This document shows positions 51,287 through 60,226 of a DNA stretch of 64,000 nt, in pieces. Location of the stretch: positions 1,344,001-1,408,000 of the forward strand of contig OZ241855.1 in the NCBI GenBank assembly GCA_965202785.1. Reading direction: 5' to 3'. Both the position numbers and the translations under genes were made by a program. Under the pieces are notes generated by a model, which did not search any database, was not told the origin of the DNA, and saw nothing but the letters and a program-made list of their open reading frames with translations. Origin of the DNA: Thermodesulfobacteriota bacterium. Its GTDB lineage: Bacteria > Desulfobacterota_D > UBA1144 > Nemesobacterales > Nemesobacteraceae. The first letter of the stretch is position 1. Each line of letters begins with the position of its first letter.

Positions 51287-52321
51287 TTACCGGTCTGCTA
51301 TTCTTAGAACCCTGGCCCCCTTTCCTCCTCCACTTTTCATTTCCAAAAGCGCCGCGTTTGCCTCTTCAAGTCCGTACTCGGTGACTTCAGCTTCTATTCC
51401 CAGAGTGGATGCGACCGAAAGAAAGCCGGCGACATCTTCCCTTGTGACGTTCGCTACGCTTTTTATCTCTTTCTCAAGCCAAAGATGCGACTGGTAATCG
51501 AGACTCAACAAGCAATTGATGTCGGAGTTCTCCTTGCTTATGGCGTTTACAACTAGTTTTCCCCCGGCGACAAGATTCTCAAGAGAACGCAAAACGGGCT
51601 TCCATGCCGGAGTGGTATCAATGATAGCTGAAAGCTGCTTGGGAGAGTTCTCTTCAATTCCACCTGACCACGATGCTCCAAGCTCCATGGCGAACAGCCT
51701 TTCCCTTTCTCCTCTTGCGAATACGAACACCTCGCATAGGGGATACGAGTGACGAAGCAGTTGTATGACCAGATGCGCTGAAGCCCCGAATCCCATGAGC
51801 CCTACGGCGTCGCCGTCCTTTATTCCGGAAAGTCTGACGCAACGGTAACCTATCGCTCCGGCGCACAAAAGAGGAGCTGTTTTCACTGGGTCCATTTCCT
51901 TCGGTATACGGTGAGCAAAGTCTGCGTCCGCGACCATGAATTCGGCGAAACCTCCGTTTGTATCCCTGCCGGTGGCAATGAAGTCATGGCAGAGGTTTTC
52001 CCGTCCGCTACTACAATAGGAGCATTTTCCGCAGGCTCCTCCTATCCACGCAATTCCGACCATGTCGCCCACGTCGAAATTTCTTACTCCCGGGCCGTGT
52101 TCTTTGACCACCCCCACGGCTTGATGTCCCGGAACAATCGGAAGAGACGGGGGGATAACTCTTCCTTCTACCTCATCCATGTCGGTGTGACAGACCCCGC
52201 AGGCCAAAACGCGTATCAGCACTTCTCCTTCAGAGGGTTTTGGCGTGGGAATTTCGAGCAGTTCAAGGGGAGTATCGTTCTTAAAAAGGTCGTACTTGCC
52301 TTTTAGAACCATTGCCTTCAT
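51287..52321 (-). CDS. Zinc-binding alcohol dehydrogenase family protein
   Basis: CGVCHTD, PGHQ, CGKCSYC..ENLC, APLLCAG, GFGASAH. Confidence 0.92.
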   Translation of the reverse strand: MKAMVLKGKYDLFKNDTPLELLEIPTPKPSEGEVLIRVLACGVCHTDMDEVEGRVIPPSLPIVPGHQAVGVVKEHGPGVRNFDVGDMVGIAWIGGACGKCSYCSSGRENLCHDFIATGRDTNGGFAEFMVADADFAHRIPKEMDPVKTAPLLCAGAIGYRCVRLSGIKDGDAVGLMGFGASAHLVIQLLRHSYPLCEVFVFARGERERLFAMELGASWSGGIEENSPKQLSAIIDTTPAWKPVLRSLENLVAGGKLVVNAISKENSDINCLLSLDYQSHLWLEKEIKSVANVTREDVAGFLSVASTLGIEAEVTEYGLEEANAALLEMKSGGGKGARVLRIADR

Positions 52322-52369
52322 CACGCTACCAAGTATAACACGCATATATGGCAGATGGGGGCTCGTTTC

Positions 52370-52957
52370 TCACTGCTCGTCTCCTCCGAGTGTGGTATCT
52401 GCATACGCCCTCAGAACGATTTCCGCTGCGACTCTTGCGTCTTCTCCGGCGTCGTGGTGGCGAAAATGAATCCCGAGATCCCGGGCGATATTCCCGAGAC
52501 TGTAACCCCTCAGAGCGTATTTATCCGGCCAGGCGCGTCGCGCTACCTGCGCACTGTCAATCCAGGTTCCGTAACGAAGAGATTTCCCACACTTTTCAAA
52601 TGCTTTTGAGATTGCCCTGCGGTCAAAGAATGTATGGCTTACGACGATTTCTCCCAGGTGTCGCGAGATCTTGTCGCACAATTCTTCAAACCTGGGATAG
52701 CCACTTACCATCTTGTGGTCTATGCCGTGTATGGCGATATTATACGGATCAAAAAAGTCATGCGGATCAACAAGCTGCGTCCATACGTCTTTGATCTCTG
52801 CTGACCTGACCACGGCGATTCCCACTTGGCAGATACTTGAAACGTCTGAATTCGCGGTCTCGACGTCGACGGCGACGAAATCCAGATTTTTACTCACGGG
52901 GAGATAGTTTCTTGCGTTTTGCCCGAGGGGCGTTTTCGGCTTTCCGGCTTTTTTCAT
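52370..52957 (-). CDS. DEDDh 3'-5' exonuclease (DnaQ-like)
   Basis: VDVETAN, HTFFD, HHDAGEDA. Confidence 0.9.
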   Translation of the reverse strand: MKKAGKPKTPLGQNARNYLPVSKNLDFVAVDVETANSDVSSICQVGIAVVRSAEIKDVWTQLVDPHDFFDPYNIAIHGIDHKMVSGYPRFEELCDKISRHLGEIVVSHTFFDRRAISKAFEKCGKSLRYGTWIDSAQVARRAWPDKYALRGYSLGNIARDLGIHFRHHDAGEDARVAAEIVLRAYADTTLGGDEQ

Positions 52958-53025
52958 TTTCCTACATTATGAACCATAGTCGGCTTTCTTTCAGCAGTAT
53001 TTCGCCCGCTTCGTCGTTTTCGGGC

Positions 53026-53053
53026 TTTAAACTCAGATTATATTGTTTATAAT
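53026..53053 (+). promoter_or_regulatory. Putative sigma70 promoter of the zinc-ribbon gene pair
   Basis: TTTAAA-N16-TATAAT, followed by GGAGG RBS at 53076-53080. Confidence 0.5.
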
Positions 53054-53086
53054 CTTCCGAACTAAAAGTTTTTCCGGAGGCGCAAG

Positions 53087-53590
53087 GTGCCGTTATACGA
53101 ATATGAGTGCGACAGTTGCATGGAGAGTTACAATACGGACATAGACAGTCTGGTCGCCAAGCTTACCAAGACAAACGCAAGGAAAATTTTCAAGCGGAAC
53201 CGTAACTTCTGTTATATTGAAGTCACAAGCGACAAGAGCGGAAAGGTGTTTTTCGAACTGGGGGAAAGGGACGTACGCGGCGCGAGAAGGTTTCGTTACA
53301 AGCTGGATAACGGAAAGGTCCTTTACCTTGAGCTCATGAACTTCCGTTTCGACCACCTTGTGTACGGAGATGACAAGCAGGATGAAGTCAAATGCCCTCT
53401 CTGCGACGATTCCGAGACGGTGAGAAGGGTTTTTTCCACTTTCAAGGCCATATTCGACGACAAGAATAAACGAGCTCCGGGTCCCGGGGATGAACTCAGG
53501 TGGCATCTTGAATACAAGCAGCAAAAAGATGAAGAGATAGCGAGCGACTGGGTAGGGCAGGATCACCTGAACCAGTACTTCAACAGATAG
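53087..53590 (+). CDS. FmdB-like zinc ribbon protein with large insert, paralog 1
   Basis: MPLYEYECDSC ... RFDHLV..VKCPLCDDSETVRRVFSTF. Confidence 0.8.
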   Translation: MPLYEYECDSCMESYNTDIDSLVAKLTKTNARKIFKRNRNFCYIEVTSDKSGKVFFELGERDVRGARRFRYKLDNGKVLYLELMNFRFDHLVYGDDKQDEVKCPLCDDSETVRRVFSTFKAIFDDKNKRAPGPGDELRWHLEYKQQKDEEIASDWVGQDHLNQYFNR

Positions 53591-53599
53591 GAGACGCAA

Positions 53600-54103
53600 A
53601 TGCCCCTCTATGAATTTGAATGCATCAAGTGCAGAGACAACGTTGAGAAATCACTCAAGACTCTTGAGAAAAAGCGGGACAAGGAGACCGTAAAAAACCT
53701 CGTCCAGAAATATGACAACATCTTTGCCATAGAAGTTATCGACCTTGAGCGCGAAAAAATAGTCGCAAAGCACGGAAGGAAGGGAAAAGACTCCGTATTC
53801 AGCGACTTCTACCTTAAGGACGGGGCCCTGCTTGCGCTTTTCAACATGCGAGACTACAGGTTCTCCGAGCTTATATACGAAGAGGGGGACGAGAAAAAGG
53901 TGAAGTGCCACTGCGGGGAGAAAAAGAAAGTGGAGAAAGTTATCTCGACTTTCGCTTTTACCAGGGACCTCTCAACCGATATGCCGAAGCCCGATCTCTC
54001 GAACCTGCCGCCTTCGGTTAGAAACAGAACTTTCGTGGGAGACTACATAGAGGAAAAGGACAGGCCTAAAAAGCACAGACCTACTCAGAAAAGACTCTCC
54101 TAA
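53600..54103 (+). CDS. FmdB-like zinc ribbon protein with large insert, paralog 2
   Basis: MPLYEFECIKC ... RFSELI..VKCHCGEKKKVEKVISTF; AGGAG RBS. Confidence 0.8.
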   Translation: MPLYEFECIKCRDNVEKSLKTLEKKRDKETVKNLVQKYDNIFAIEVIDLEREKIVAKHGRKGKDSVFSDFYLKDGALLALFNMRDYRFSELIYEEGDEKKVKCHCGEKKKVEKVISTFAFTRDLSTDMPKPDLSNLPPSVRNRTFVGDYIEEKDRPKKHRPTQKRLS

Positions 54104-54161
54104 GAAAAGAATATGGCCGCCGGCACGCAATTTCCTCTTCTCGCCGGGGCTTCACGCTTGG

Positions 54162-54827
54162 TTACTTTTGCTCTTTTCCCGAATACTCCTCTTTGCGCTT
54201 GCCGAACCTTCTCTCAAGTTCATCCGATATGTCCTGAGGCGAAAGACCCGCTTCGCAGAGAAGCACCATGGAATGAAACCACAAATCGGTAAGTTCGTAG
54301 ACGAGTTCGTCTTTATCCCTGTTCTTGGCGGCTATTACTACTTCGCCGGCCTCCTCTCCGATTTTCTTAAGTATCCTGTCAATTCCGCCCTTCATAAGGC
54401 CGCTTACATAAGAGCCTTCCTTGGGGTTCTGCTTCCTGTCCTCTATTACGGAAAACACCTTTCTGAGTGAAGCTTTCTCGAACACGGGGGCGGCTTTTTC
54501 TTCCATGTCTCCCGTTCTGTAAAAGCATGTCGGCCTTCCGGTGTGGCAGGCCGCTCCGGTCTGCTCCACGGTTATTAGCACCGTATCGCAGTCGCAATCA
54601 ACAAAGATTTCCTCTACGTCCTGAAAATGGCCTGATTCTTCCCCCTTGTTCCAGAGCTTTTTTCTTGATCTGCTCCAGAAGTGGGTCCTTCCAGTCTTGA
54701 CGGTCATCTCGAGAGCCTCTTTGTTCGCATATGCGAGCATAAGCACCTGCCCGCTTGAGCGATCCTGCACTATTACGGGCAAAAGGCCTTCGTCGTTGAA
54801 CTTGAGTTCTTCTAGCTTCATATCCAT
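54162..54827 (-). CDS. hisIE: Bifunctional phosphoribosyl-AMP cyclohydrolase / phosphoribosyl-ATP pyrophosphatase
   Basis: [45 protein letters not shown]; start 54827 or 54821. Confidence 0.95.
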   Translation of the reverse strand: MDMKLEELKFNDEGLLPVIVQDRSSGQVLMLAYANKEALEMTVKTGRTHFWSRSRKKLWNKGEESGHFQDVEEIFVDCDCDTVLITVEQTGAACHTGRPTCFYRTGDMEEKAAPVFEKASLRKVFSVIEDRKQNPKEGSYVSGLMKGGIDRILKKIGEEAGEVVIAAKNRDKDELVYELTDLWFHSMVLLCEAGLSPQDISDELERRFGKRKEEYSGKEQK

Positions 54828-55025
54828 CGGGTTTTCGTTCCGCTGAAAGTACGTCAAGATAATAATTGCAAAGATTCCATTGTCAAAGAACTGACGAGAT
54901 GGGGAAACCGGCACGTTGAGGTCTCGATTCGGCTGTTTTTTTCTCTACGATAGCTTTTCTCCGAATTGCTGTTGATTTTGGGTGTATAACTGTAAAACTG
55001 CTGTGCGCGGGGAGGAATTGCATCT

Positions 55026-56756
55026 GTGTTCTTGAGAAAACATCTTGTTCATGGTTCTGTGGTTATGCTTTTCGCCCTTCTGCTTTTCGCTATTGGCCTC
55101 GTGCTCTACGGCGATTCGGGACTCGTGAGTTTTGAACATGGTGTCGCAAGCGGCGACCCCCTGAATGACAGGGTTATTCTCTGGACGAGAGTCACTCCGC
55201 AGGAATCTCAGAGAAAAATCAGGGTAAAGGTCGAAGTTGCTTCGGATGAGAAATTTGAAAGCCTTGTCCACAGTTCTGTTGAGAGCGCCACGGCCGAGAG
55301 CGATTACACCGTCAAGGTTGATGTCGAGGGTCTTTCGGCAGGAACGGTTTATTACTACCGTTTCCGCTCAGGTGATGCTTCGTCCGTTATCGGCCGTACC
55401 AAAACCTTACCCAGAAGCGATGTGGATTCGGTTAGGTTGGCGGTGTTTTCATGTGCAAACTATCCTACTTCTCATGGCGGTTACTTTAACGTTTACGGCC
55501 ACGCGGCAGCAGCGGCTGACGTCGATGCCGTGGTACACCTCGGCGATTACATCTACGAGTATGGCAAGGCGCCGGATTCGGAGAACGGTAATTCTCAAGG
55601 ATTCGGCAGAGATCTTCCGGAATACAGCGATAAGGAAATCCTTACGCTTGACGATTACCGAAGGCGTTACGCCCTGTACAGAACTGATCCGCAGCTTCAG
55701 GCTCTCCATGCCGCGCATCCGTTCATCACCGTCTGGGATGATCATGAGGTCGCAAACGACGCCTATGTGGGAGGTGCGCAGAACCATAACGAAGGTGAGG
55801 GCAGTTTCGATGTACGCAAAAAGGTTGCGCTTCGGGCTTACTACGAGTGGATGCCGGTTCGCCCCGTAAAAGATAATGATTCCGAACGGGTCTACCGCAG
55901 TTTTTCTTTCGGGAACCTGGTTGAGCTTTTAATGCTTGATACCCGTCTTGCCGGACGGGAAAAACAGCTTAGTTACAAGGATTATTTCGACCCGGATACC
56001 GGTTTTGATGCCCGGCGTTTCGGTGAGGATATTGGTTCTCCTGACCGAACGCTGCTCGGTCGGGATCAGCTTGACTGGCTTCTGGGGAAACTCGCCGGTT
56101 CAACCGCCACGTGGCAGGTTCTGGGTCAGCAGGTACTTATGGGCAGAATGAACATTCCAGCTGAAATAATTCCTCATCTTGGCGACCGTACGCCTGAGGT
56201 CGCGGGTCTTATTGATAAACTGACCGAGATTAAGGAGCGGGTGCTTCGGGATGATCCTTCGGTGACTCAGGATGAGCGGAACCGTATAAATACGGTGCTT
56301 CCTTATAACCTTGATGCCTGGGACGGTTACCCTGCGGAGCGCGAAGCGGTGTTAGGCGCGGCCTACGGAGGGGAGAAGAACTTGGTAGTGCTCGCCGGGG
56401 ATACGCATAACGGATGGGCAAGTAATCTCAAGGACGCAGAAGGTAATCGTGTAGGCGTTGAATTTGCCACCGCGTCTGTGTCTTCCGGAGGTCTTGAAAC
56501 TTACCTTAAGCTTAAACCTGAACAGGCTGAGGAGTTCGCCCGGGATTTACAGGTGTTGATTGACGATCTTGTCTATTCAAACACGAAGGACCGCGGTTAT
56601 ATGATTGTCAGTTTTACTCCGAAGATGGCCCAGTCGCGGTGGATATACGTGGATACCGTCAAACGGTCCGAATTCAGCGAAAAGAACTCTGCGTCCAAGG
56701 TTTTTAAGGTGCTTCCCGGCACAGGGAACCGTGAACTTGTTCCTGTTGATAATTAG
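55026..56756 (+). CDS. phoD: Alkaline phosphatase D
   Basis: HGVASGDP..VILWTR, SCANY, HLGDYIYEY, WDDHEVAND, DAWDGY, GDTHN. Confidence 0.93.
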   Translation: MFLRKHLVHGSVVMLFALLLFAIGLVLYGDSGLVSFEHGVASGDPLNDRVILWTRVTPQESQRKIRVKVEVASDEKFESLVHSSVESATAESDYTVKVDVEGLSAGTVYYYRFRSGDASSVIGRTKTLPRSDVDSVRLAVFSCANYPTSHGGYFNVYGHAAAAADVDAVVHLGDYIYEYGKAPDSENGNSQGFGRDLPEYSDKEILTLDDYRRRYALYRTDPQLQALHAAHPFITVWDDHEVANDAYVGGAQNHNEGEGSFDVRKKVALRAYYEWMPVRPVKDNDSERVYRSFSFGNLVELLMLDTRLAGREKQLSYKDYFDPDTGFDARRFGEDIGSPDRTLLGRDQLDWLLGKLAGSTATWQVLGQQVLMGRMNIPAEIIPHLGDRTPEVAGLIDKLTEIKERVLRDDPSVTQDERNRINTVLPYNLDAWDGYPAEREAVLGAAYGGEKNLVVLAGDTHNGWASNLKDAEGNRVGVEFATASVSSGGLETYLKLKPEQAEEFARDLQVLIDDLVYSNTKDRGYMIVSFTPKMAQSRWIYVDTVKRSEFSEKNSASKVFKVLPGTGNRELVPVDN

Positions 56757-56876
56757 GCTGGAACATTGTGGTGGAGGAACCGATTAAGGCGAGATTTAAT
56801 TGACATTATCGTGAAGAGTCGAATGATATTGGGTATCATATCAAAATTAGGTGTTGACTAAGGAAGGTAACAATCC

Positions 56877-57089
56877 ATGGCCAGGATTACAATTGAAGAC
56901 TGCTTAGAGAAAGTTGAGAACAGGTTTGCTCTTTCCATCGCAGCGATGAAAAGGGCAGGCCAGATATCCAAGGGAGCTACCGTAGTAGCCTCTGAAAACG
57001 ATGACAACAAGCATGTTGTCTCTGCGTTAAGAGAGATAGCCGAAGGAAAGGTAAACGTCATATATCCCAAGGATAGAGATAATTACTGA
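56877..57089 (+). CDS. rpoZ: RNA polymerase omega subunit
   Basis: [14 protein letters not shown]...[11 protein letters not shown]; TTGACA at 56800. Confidence 0.95.
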   Translation: MARITIEDCLEKVENRFALSIAAMKRAGQISKGATVVASENDDNKHVVSALREIAEGKVNVIYPKDRDNY

Positions 57090-57146
57090 TTGCGCACGTA
57101 GCCCCGTGCGGTTTTAACCCGCGCACAGCGAGGTAAAGATCTTTTT

Positions 57147-59093
57147 ATGCTCTCGGTAGGCATAGACGCGGGAGGAACTTTCACCGATTTTGTTTTCTTC
57201 GATGGAAAGGAAATATCGGTAAACAAGGTCCCTTCCACTCCCCGCGATCCTTCGATAGCAGTACTGAACGGGCTTAAAGCCCATCCCGTTGAGTTCTCCC
57301 ACATATCGGAAATTATCCACGGAACCACCGTGGCCACAAACGCTCTTCTGGAGCGGGAAGGGGCGAAGACCTGCCTTGTCACCACAAGGGGTTTTGAAGA
57401 CGTAATCGAGATCAGGCGGCAGAACAGGGAGAAACTGTACGATCTGCTATGGAATCCGGCCACCCCTCTTGTGCCGCCGGAACTCAGGTTCGGCGTTTCC
57501 GAGAGAACGGATTACCGCGGTCGCGTGCTTGTTTGCCCGGATGAGGCTGAAGTAGAGGAAATAAAGGAGGAGATATCTTCTCTCGGTGTTGAGGCGATAG
57601 CGGTTTGTTTTCTCCATTCGTACGCAAACCCTGAAAATGAACGCGGGGTCGCGGCCGCGCTTTCCGAACTCGGTATTCCGATTACCCTCTCCTCTGAGCT
57701 TGTTGCGGAATTCAGGGAGTATGAAAGGACTTCAACGACAGTCCTTAATTCCTATCTGATCCCAAAAGTGAACAAGTATATGCGCTCACTCTCCCGCACC
57801 CTCGAGAAAAAATCTCTTTCCATCATGCAGTCAAACGGCGGGGTTATATCTGCCGAACAGGCGGCCGATGAGCCTGCAAAAATAGTTCTTTCCGGTCCCG
57901 CTGGGGGGGTGGTCGGGGCGTTTGAGATATGCGCGCTCTCAGGGAGAAGGAAAATTATTACCTACGACATGGGGGGAACTTCGACAGACATATCCCTTTG
58001 CGACGGCAAAGTAAGCTTTACGACCGAGAATACCCTGGGAGGTGTTGCACTTAAGGTGCCGATGATAAACATCTCAACCATAGGGGCCGGAGGCGGTTCA
58101 GTCGCTTACATTGCCGATGGGGGGATCCTTAAGGTCGGCCCGAGAAGCGCAGGCGCTGACCCCGGCCCCGCGTGTTACGGAAAAGGCGTTTTGCCGACCG
58201 TAACGGACGCCAATATAGTTCTCGGCAGAATGGATCCCGGCTGGTTTCTGGGCGGCGAGATGAATATATATCCCGAAAGGTCCTTTGAAGCTATTCGCTC
58301 TCTCGCACCGGATCATCCCACGGAGGAAGTCGCCGAATCCATAATCAGGATTTCAAATTCAAACATGGAAAAGGCTCTTCGCGTGATATCGGTCGGGAAG
58401 GGCTACGATCCGAGGGAGTTTTCGCTTGTTTCATTCGGCGGCGCGGGAGGTCTTCACGCCTGCGAGCTTGCCCGCTCCCTTGGTATACGGGAAATTGTGT
58501 TTCCCCGAAATCCCGGGGCGCTTTCTGCCTACGGGATGCTTCTTGCCGATTCCTTCAAGGATTACGGAATCACGTTTTTTTCCTCAGCGGATGAGGGTCA
58601 TCTTGCGGAGACGGACCGAAAGTTCGCGGATCTTGAAAAGCTCGCGCGCGAGGACCTTGCAAGAGAGGATCTGAGGTTCGAAAAGCATGTTGACGCGAGG
58701 TATCGAAGGCAGTCCCATGAACTAACTATTCCCTACAGTGATTCCATGGCTTCGGATTTTCACCGCGAGCATGAAAGAGTTTACGGATACAGGAAGGAAT
58801 CTTCCGTCGTCGAGATCGTGACCCTGAGACTCAGGGCCTATATGCCGGAGCGAAAAATAGATATTCTTCCCGCTTCTGGGATGGGGGCAGAGCCGCGGTT
58901 TTTCACAAAGGAAGTGATTTTTGAGGGCAGAAAAGTAAAGGCCAGATGCTGCGAGAGAGAAAAGCTCGGGCCGGGTTTTCGATTTGAAGGGCCATGCGTT
59001 CTCTACGAGAAAACTGCAACTACTTTTATTCCTCCCGATAGTGCTTGCGAAGTGGACGATTACGGGAGCATTATAGTGAGCTTCAATGCGTAG
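57147..59093 (+). CDS. Hydantoinase/oxoprolinase subunit A family protein
   Basis: GIDAGGTFTD, HGTTVATNALLE, SGPAGG, DMGGTSTD, GAGGGS, SAGADPGPACY. Confidence 0.92.
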   Translation: MLSVGIDAGGTFTDFVFFDGKEISVNKVPSTPRDPSIAVLNGLKAHPVEFSHISEIIHGTTVATNALLEREGAKTCLVTTRGFEDVIEIRRQNREKLYDLLWNPATPLVPPELRFGVSERTDYRGRVLVCPDEAEVEEIKEEISSLGVEAIAVCFLHSYANPENERGVAAALSELGIPITLSSELVAEFREYERTSTTVLNSYLIPKVNKYMRSLSRTLEKKSLSIMQSNGGVISAEQAADEPAKIVLSGPAGGVVGAFEICALSGRRKIITYDMGGTSTDISLCDGKVSFTTENTLGGVALKVPMINISTIGAGGGSVAYIADGGILKVGPRSAGADPGPACYGKGVLPTVTDANIVLGRMDPGWFLGGEMNIYPERSFEAIRSLAPDHPTEEVAESIIRISNSNMEKALRVISVGKGYDPREFSLVSFGGAGGLHACELARSLGIREIVFPRNPGALSAYGMLLADSFKDYGITFFSSADEGHLAETDRKFADLEKLAREDLAREDLRFEKHVDARYRRQSHELTIPYSDSMASDFHREHERVYGYRKESSVVEIVTLRLRAYMPERKIDILPASGMGAEPRFFTKEVIFEGRKVKARCCEREKLGPGFRFEGPCVLYEKTATTFIPPDSACEVDDYGSIIVSFNA

Positions 59094-59104
59094 AGCTTTT
59101 TTTG

Positions 59105-59701
59105 ATGAGCACGATGAACATACGGGAAGAGATAAGAAAAGCCTTGGACCCTCCAGGAACTTCCCCTGATCCTGGCGAAGGACTTCTGGCATCCGCTGTG
59201 TTGGTTATGCTCTGCGAGCAGGGTGAAGGCCATGGAATATGGTTTATAAAGAGAACCGAATACAGGAATGATGCTTTCTCGGGTCACGTAGCTTTCCCGG
59301 GCGGAAAGAAAAAACAAAGCGACGCGACTCTTGTTGATACGGCTTTGAGGGAAGTAGGAGAGGAGCTTGGTTTTGACGCCGGGAAGGAAGTAGAGATTCT
59401 CGGGGAAATGGATTTTGTGCGTCCCTACACCCCTTCTGTTAGACAGTATGCGGTAAAACCTTTTGTAGCCATGATAGATGGTGAAGTGGAATTTGTTCCC
59501 AATTATGAAGTATCTGAATTTTTCTGCGTTCCGGTTTCCCACTTGGTTAATCCGAAAAACCGCGATGTGAGGGAAAGAGAACGGGATGGGAAAATAATAG
59601 ATGATTACGTGTTTGCCTACCGCAATCACATAATATGGGGACTTACGGGAAGAATACTTGACGAGTTTTTCAGGAAAACTTCAGGGTGTTTCAAGAGATA
59701 A
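59105..59701 (+). CDS. Nudix hydrolase (CoA pyrophosphatase-like)
   Basis: SAVL, FSGHVAFPGG, TALREVGEELG, IWGLT. Confidence 0.88.
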   Translation: MSTMNIREEIRKALDPPGTSPDPGEGLLASAVLVMLCEQGEGHGIWFIKRTEYRNDAFSGHVAFPGGKKKQSDATLVDTALREVGEELGFDAGKEVEILGEMDFVRPYTPSVRQYAVKPFVAMIDGEVEFVPNYEVSEFFCVPVSHLVNPKNRDVRERERDGKIIDDYVFAYRNHIIWGLTGRILDEFFRKTSGCFKR

Positions 59702-59766
59702 TGTTTAAATCTCTCTGATGATCGTGTAAATTTCTGCAAACGTAAGAACGGTGGTGATCAAGACTA

Positions 59767-60195
59767 ATGGCAGCGGTTAACAAGGCTATAATACTCGGGA
59801 ACCTGGGAAGAGACCCTGAGGTAAGGTACACGACGGACGGAAATGCGGTTACCACTTTCTCGGTTGCTACCACGGAAACACGAAAAGACAGGGACGGAAA
59901 CTCTCAGGAACACACGGAGTGGCACAGGATAGTGGTATTTGGAAGGCTTGCGGAAGTCTGCGGAGAGTATCTTGCCAAAGGGAGATCGGTTTACGTGGAG
60001 GGTTCTATCAGAACCCGCTCATGGGACGACAGGGAAGGAAACAAGAGGTATACGACCGAGATCGTGGGAAGAACCGTGCAGTTTCTCTCTCCTAGAGGAG
60101 AGAGAGGAAGGCAAAGCGGCGGGGCGCCCCCGGCTGAAGATGACTTCTCCTACGAAGAGGGCGCCGGCATGACGGACGACGACGTTCCATTCTGA
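59767..60195 (+). CDS. ssb: Single-stranded DNA-binding protein
   Basis: [20 protein letters not shown]-terminal DDDVPF. Confidence 0.97.
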   Translation: MAAVNKAIILGNLGRDPEVRYTTDGNAVTTFSVATTETRKDRDGNSQEHTEWHRIVVFGRLAEVCGEYLAKGRSVYVEGSIRTRSWDDREGNKRYTTEIVGRTVQFLSPRGERGRQSGGAPPAEDDFSYEEGAGMTDDDVPF

Positions 60196-60226
60196 TTCTT
60201 TTGGTCTTTACTGACACATTAAGTTT

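Noticed and set aside
54961-55010. Pho box upstream of phoD (CTGT repeated at 11 bp)
   Set aside because: Only 4-nt matches to CTGTCAT; too weak to call.
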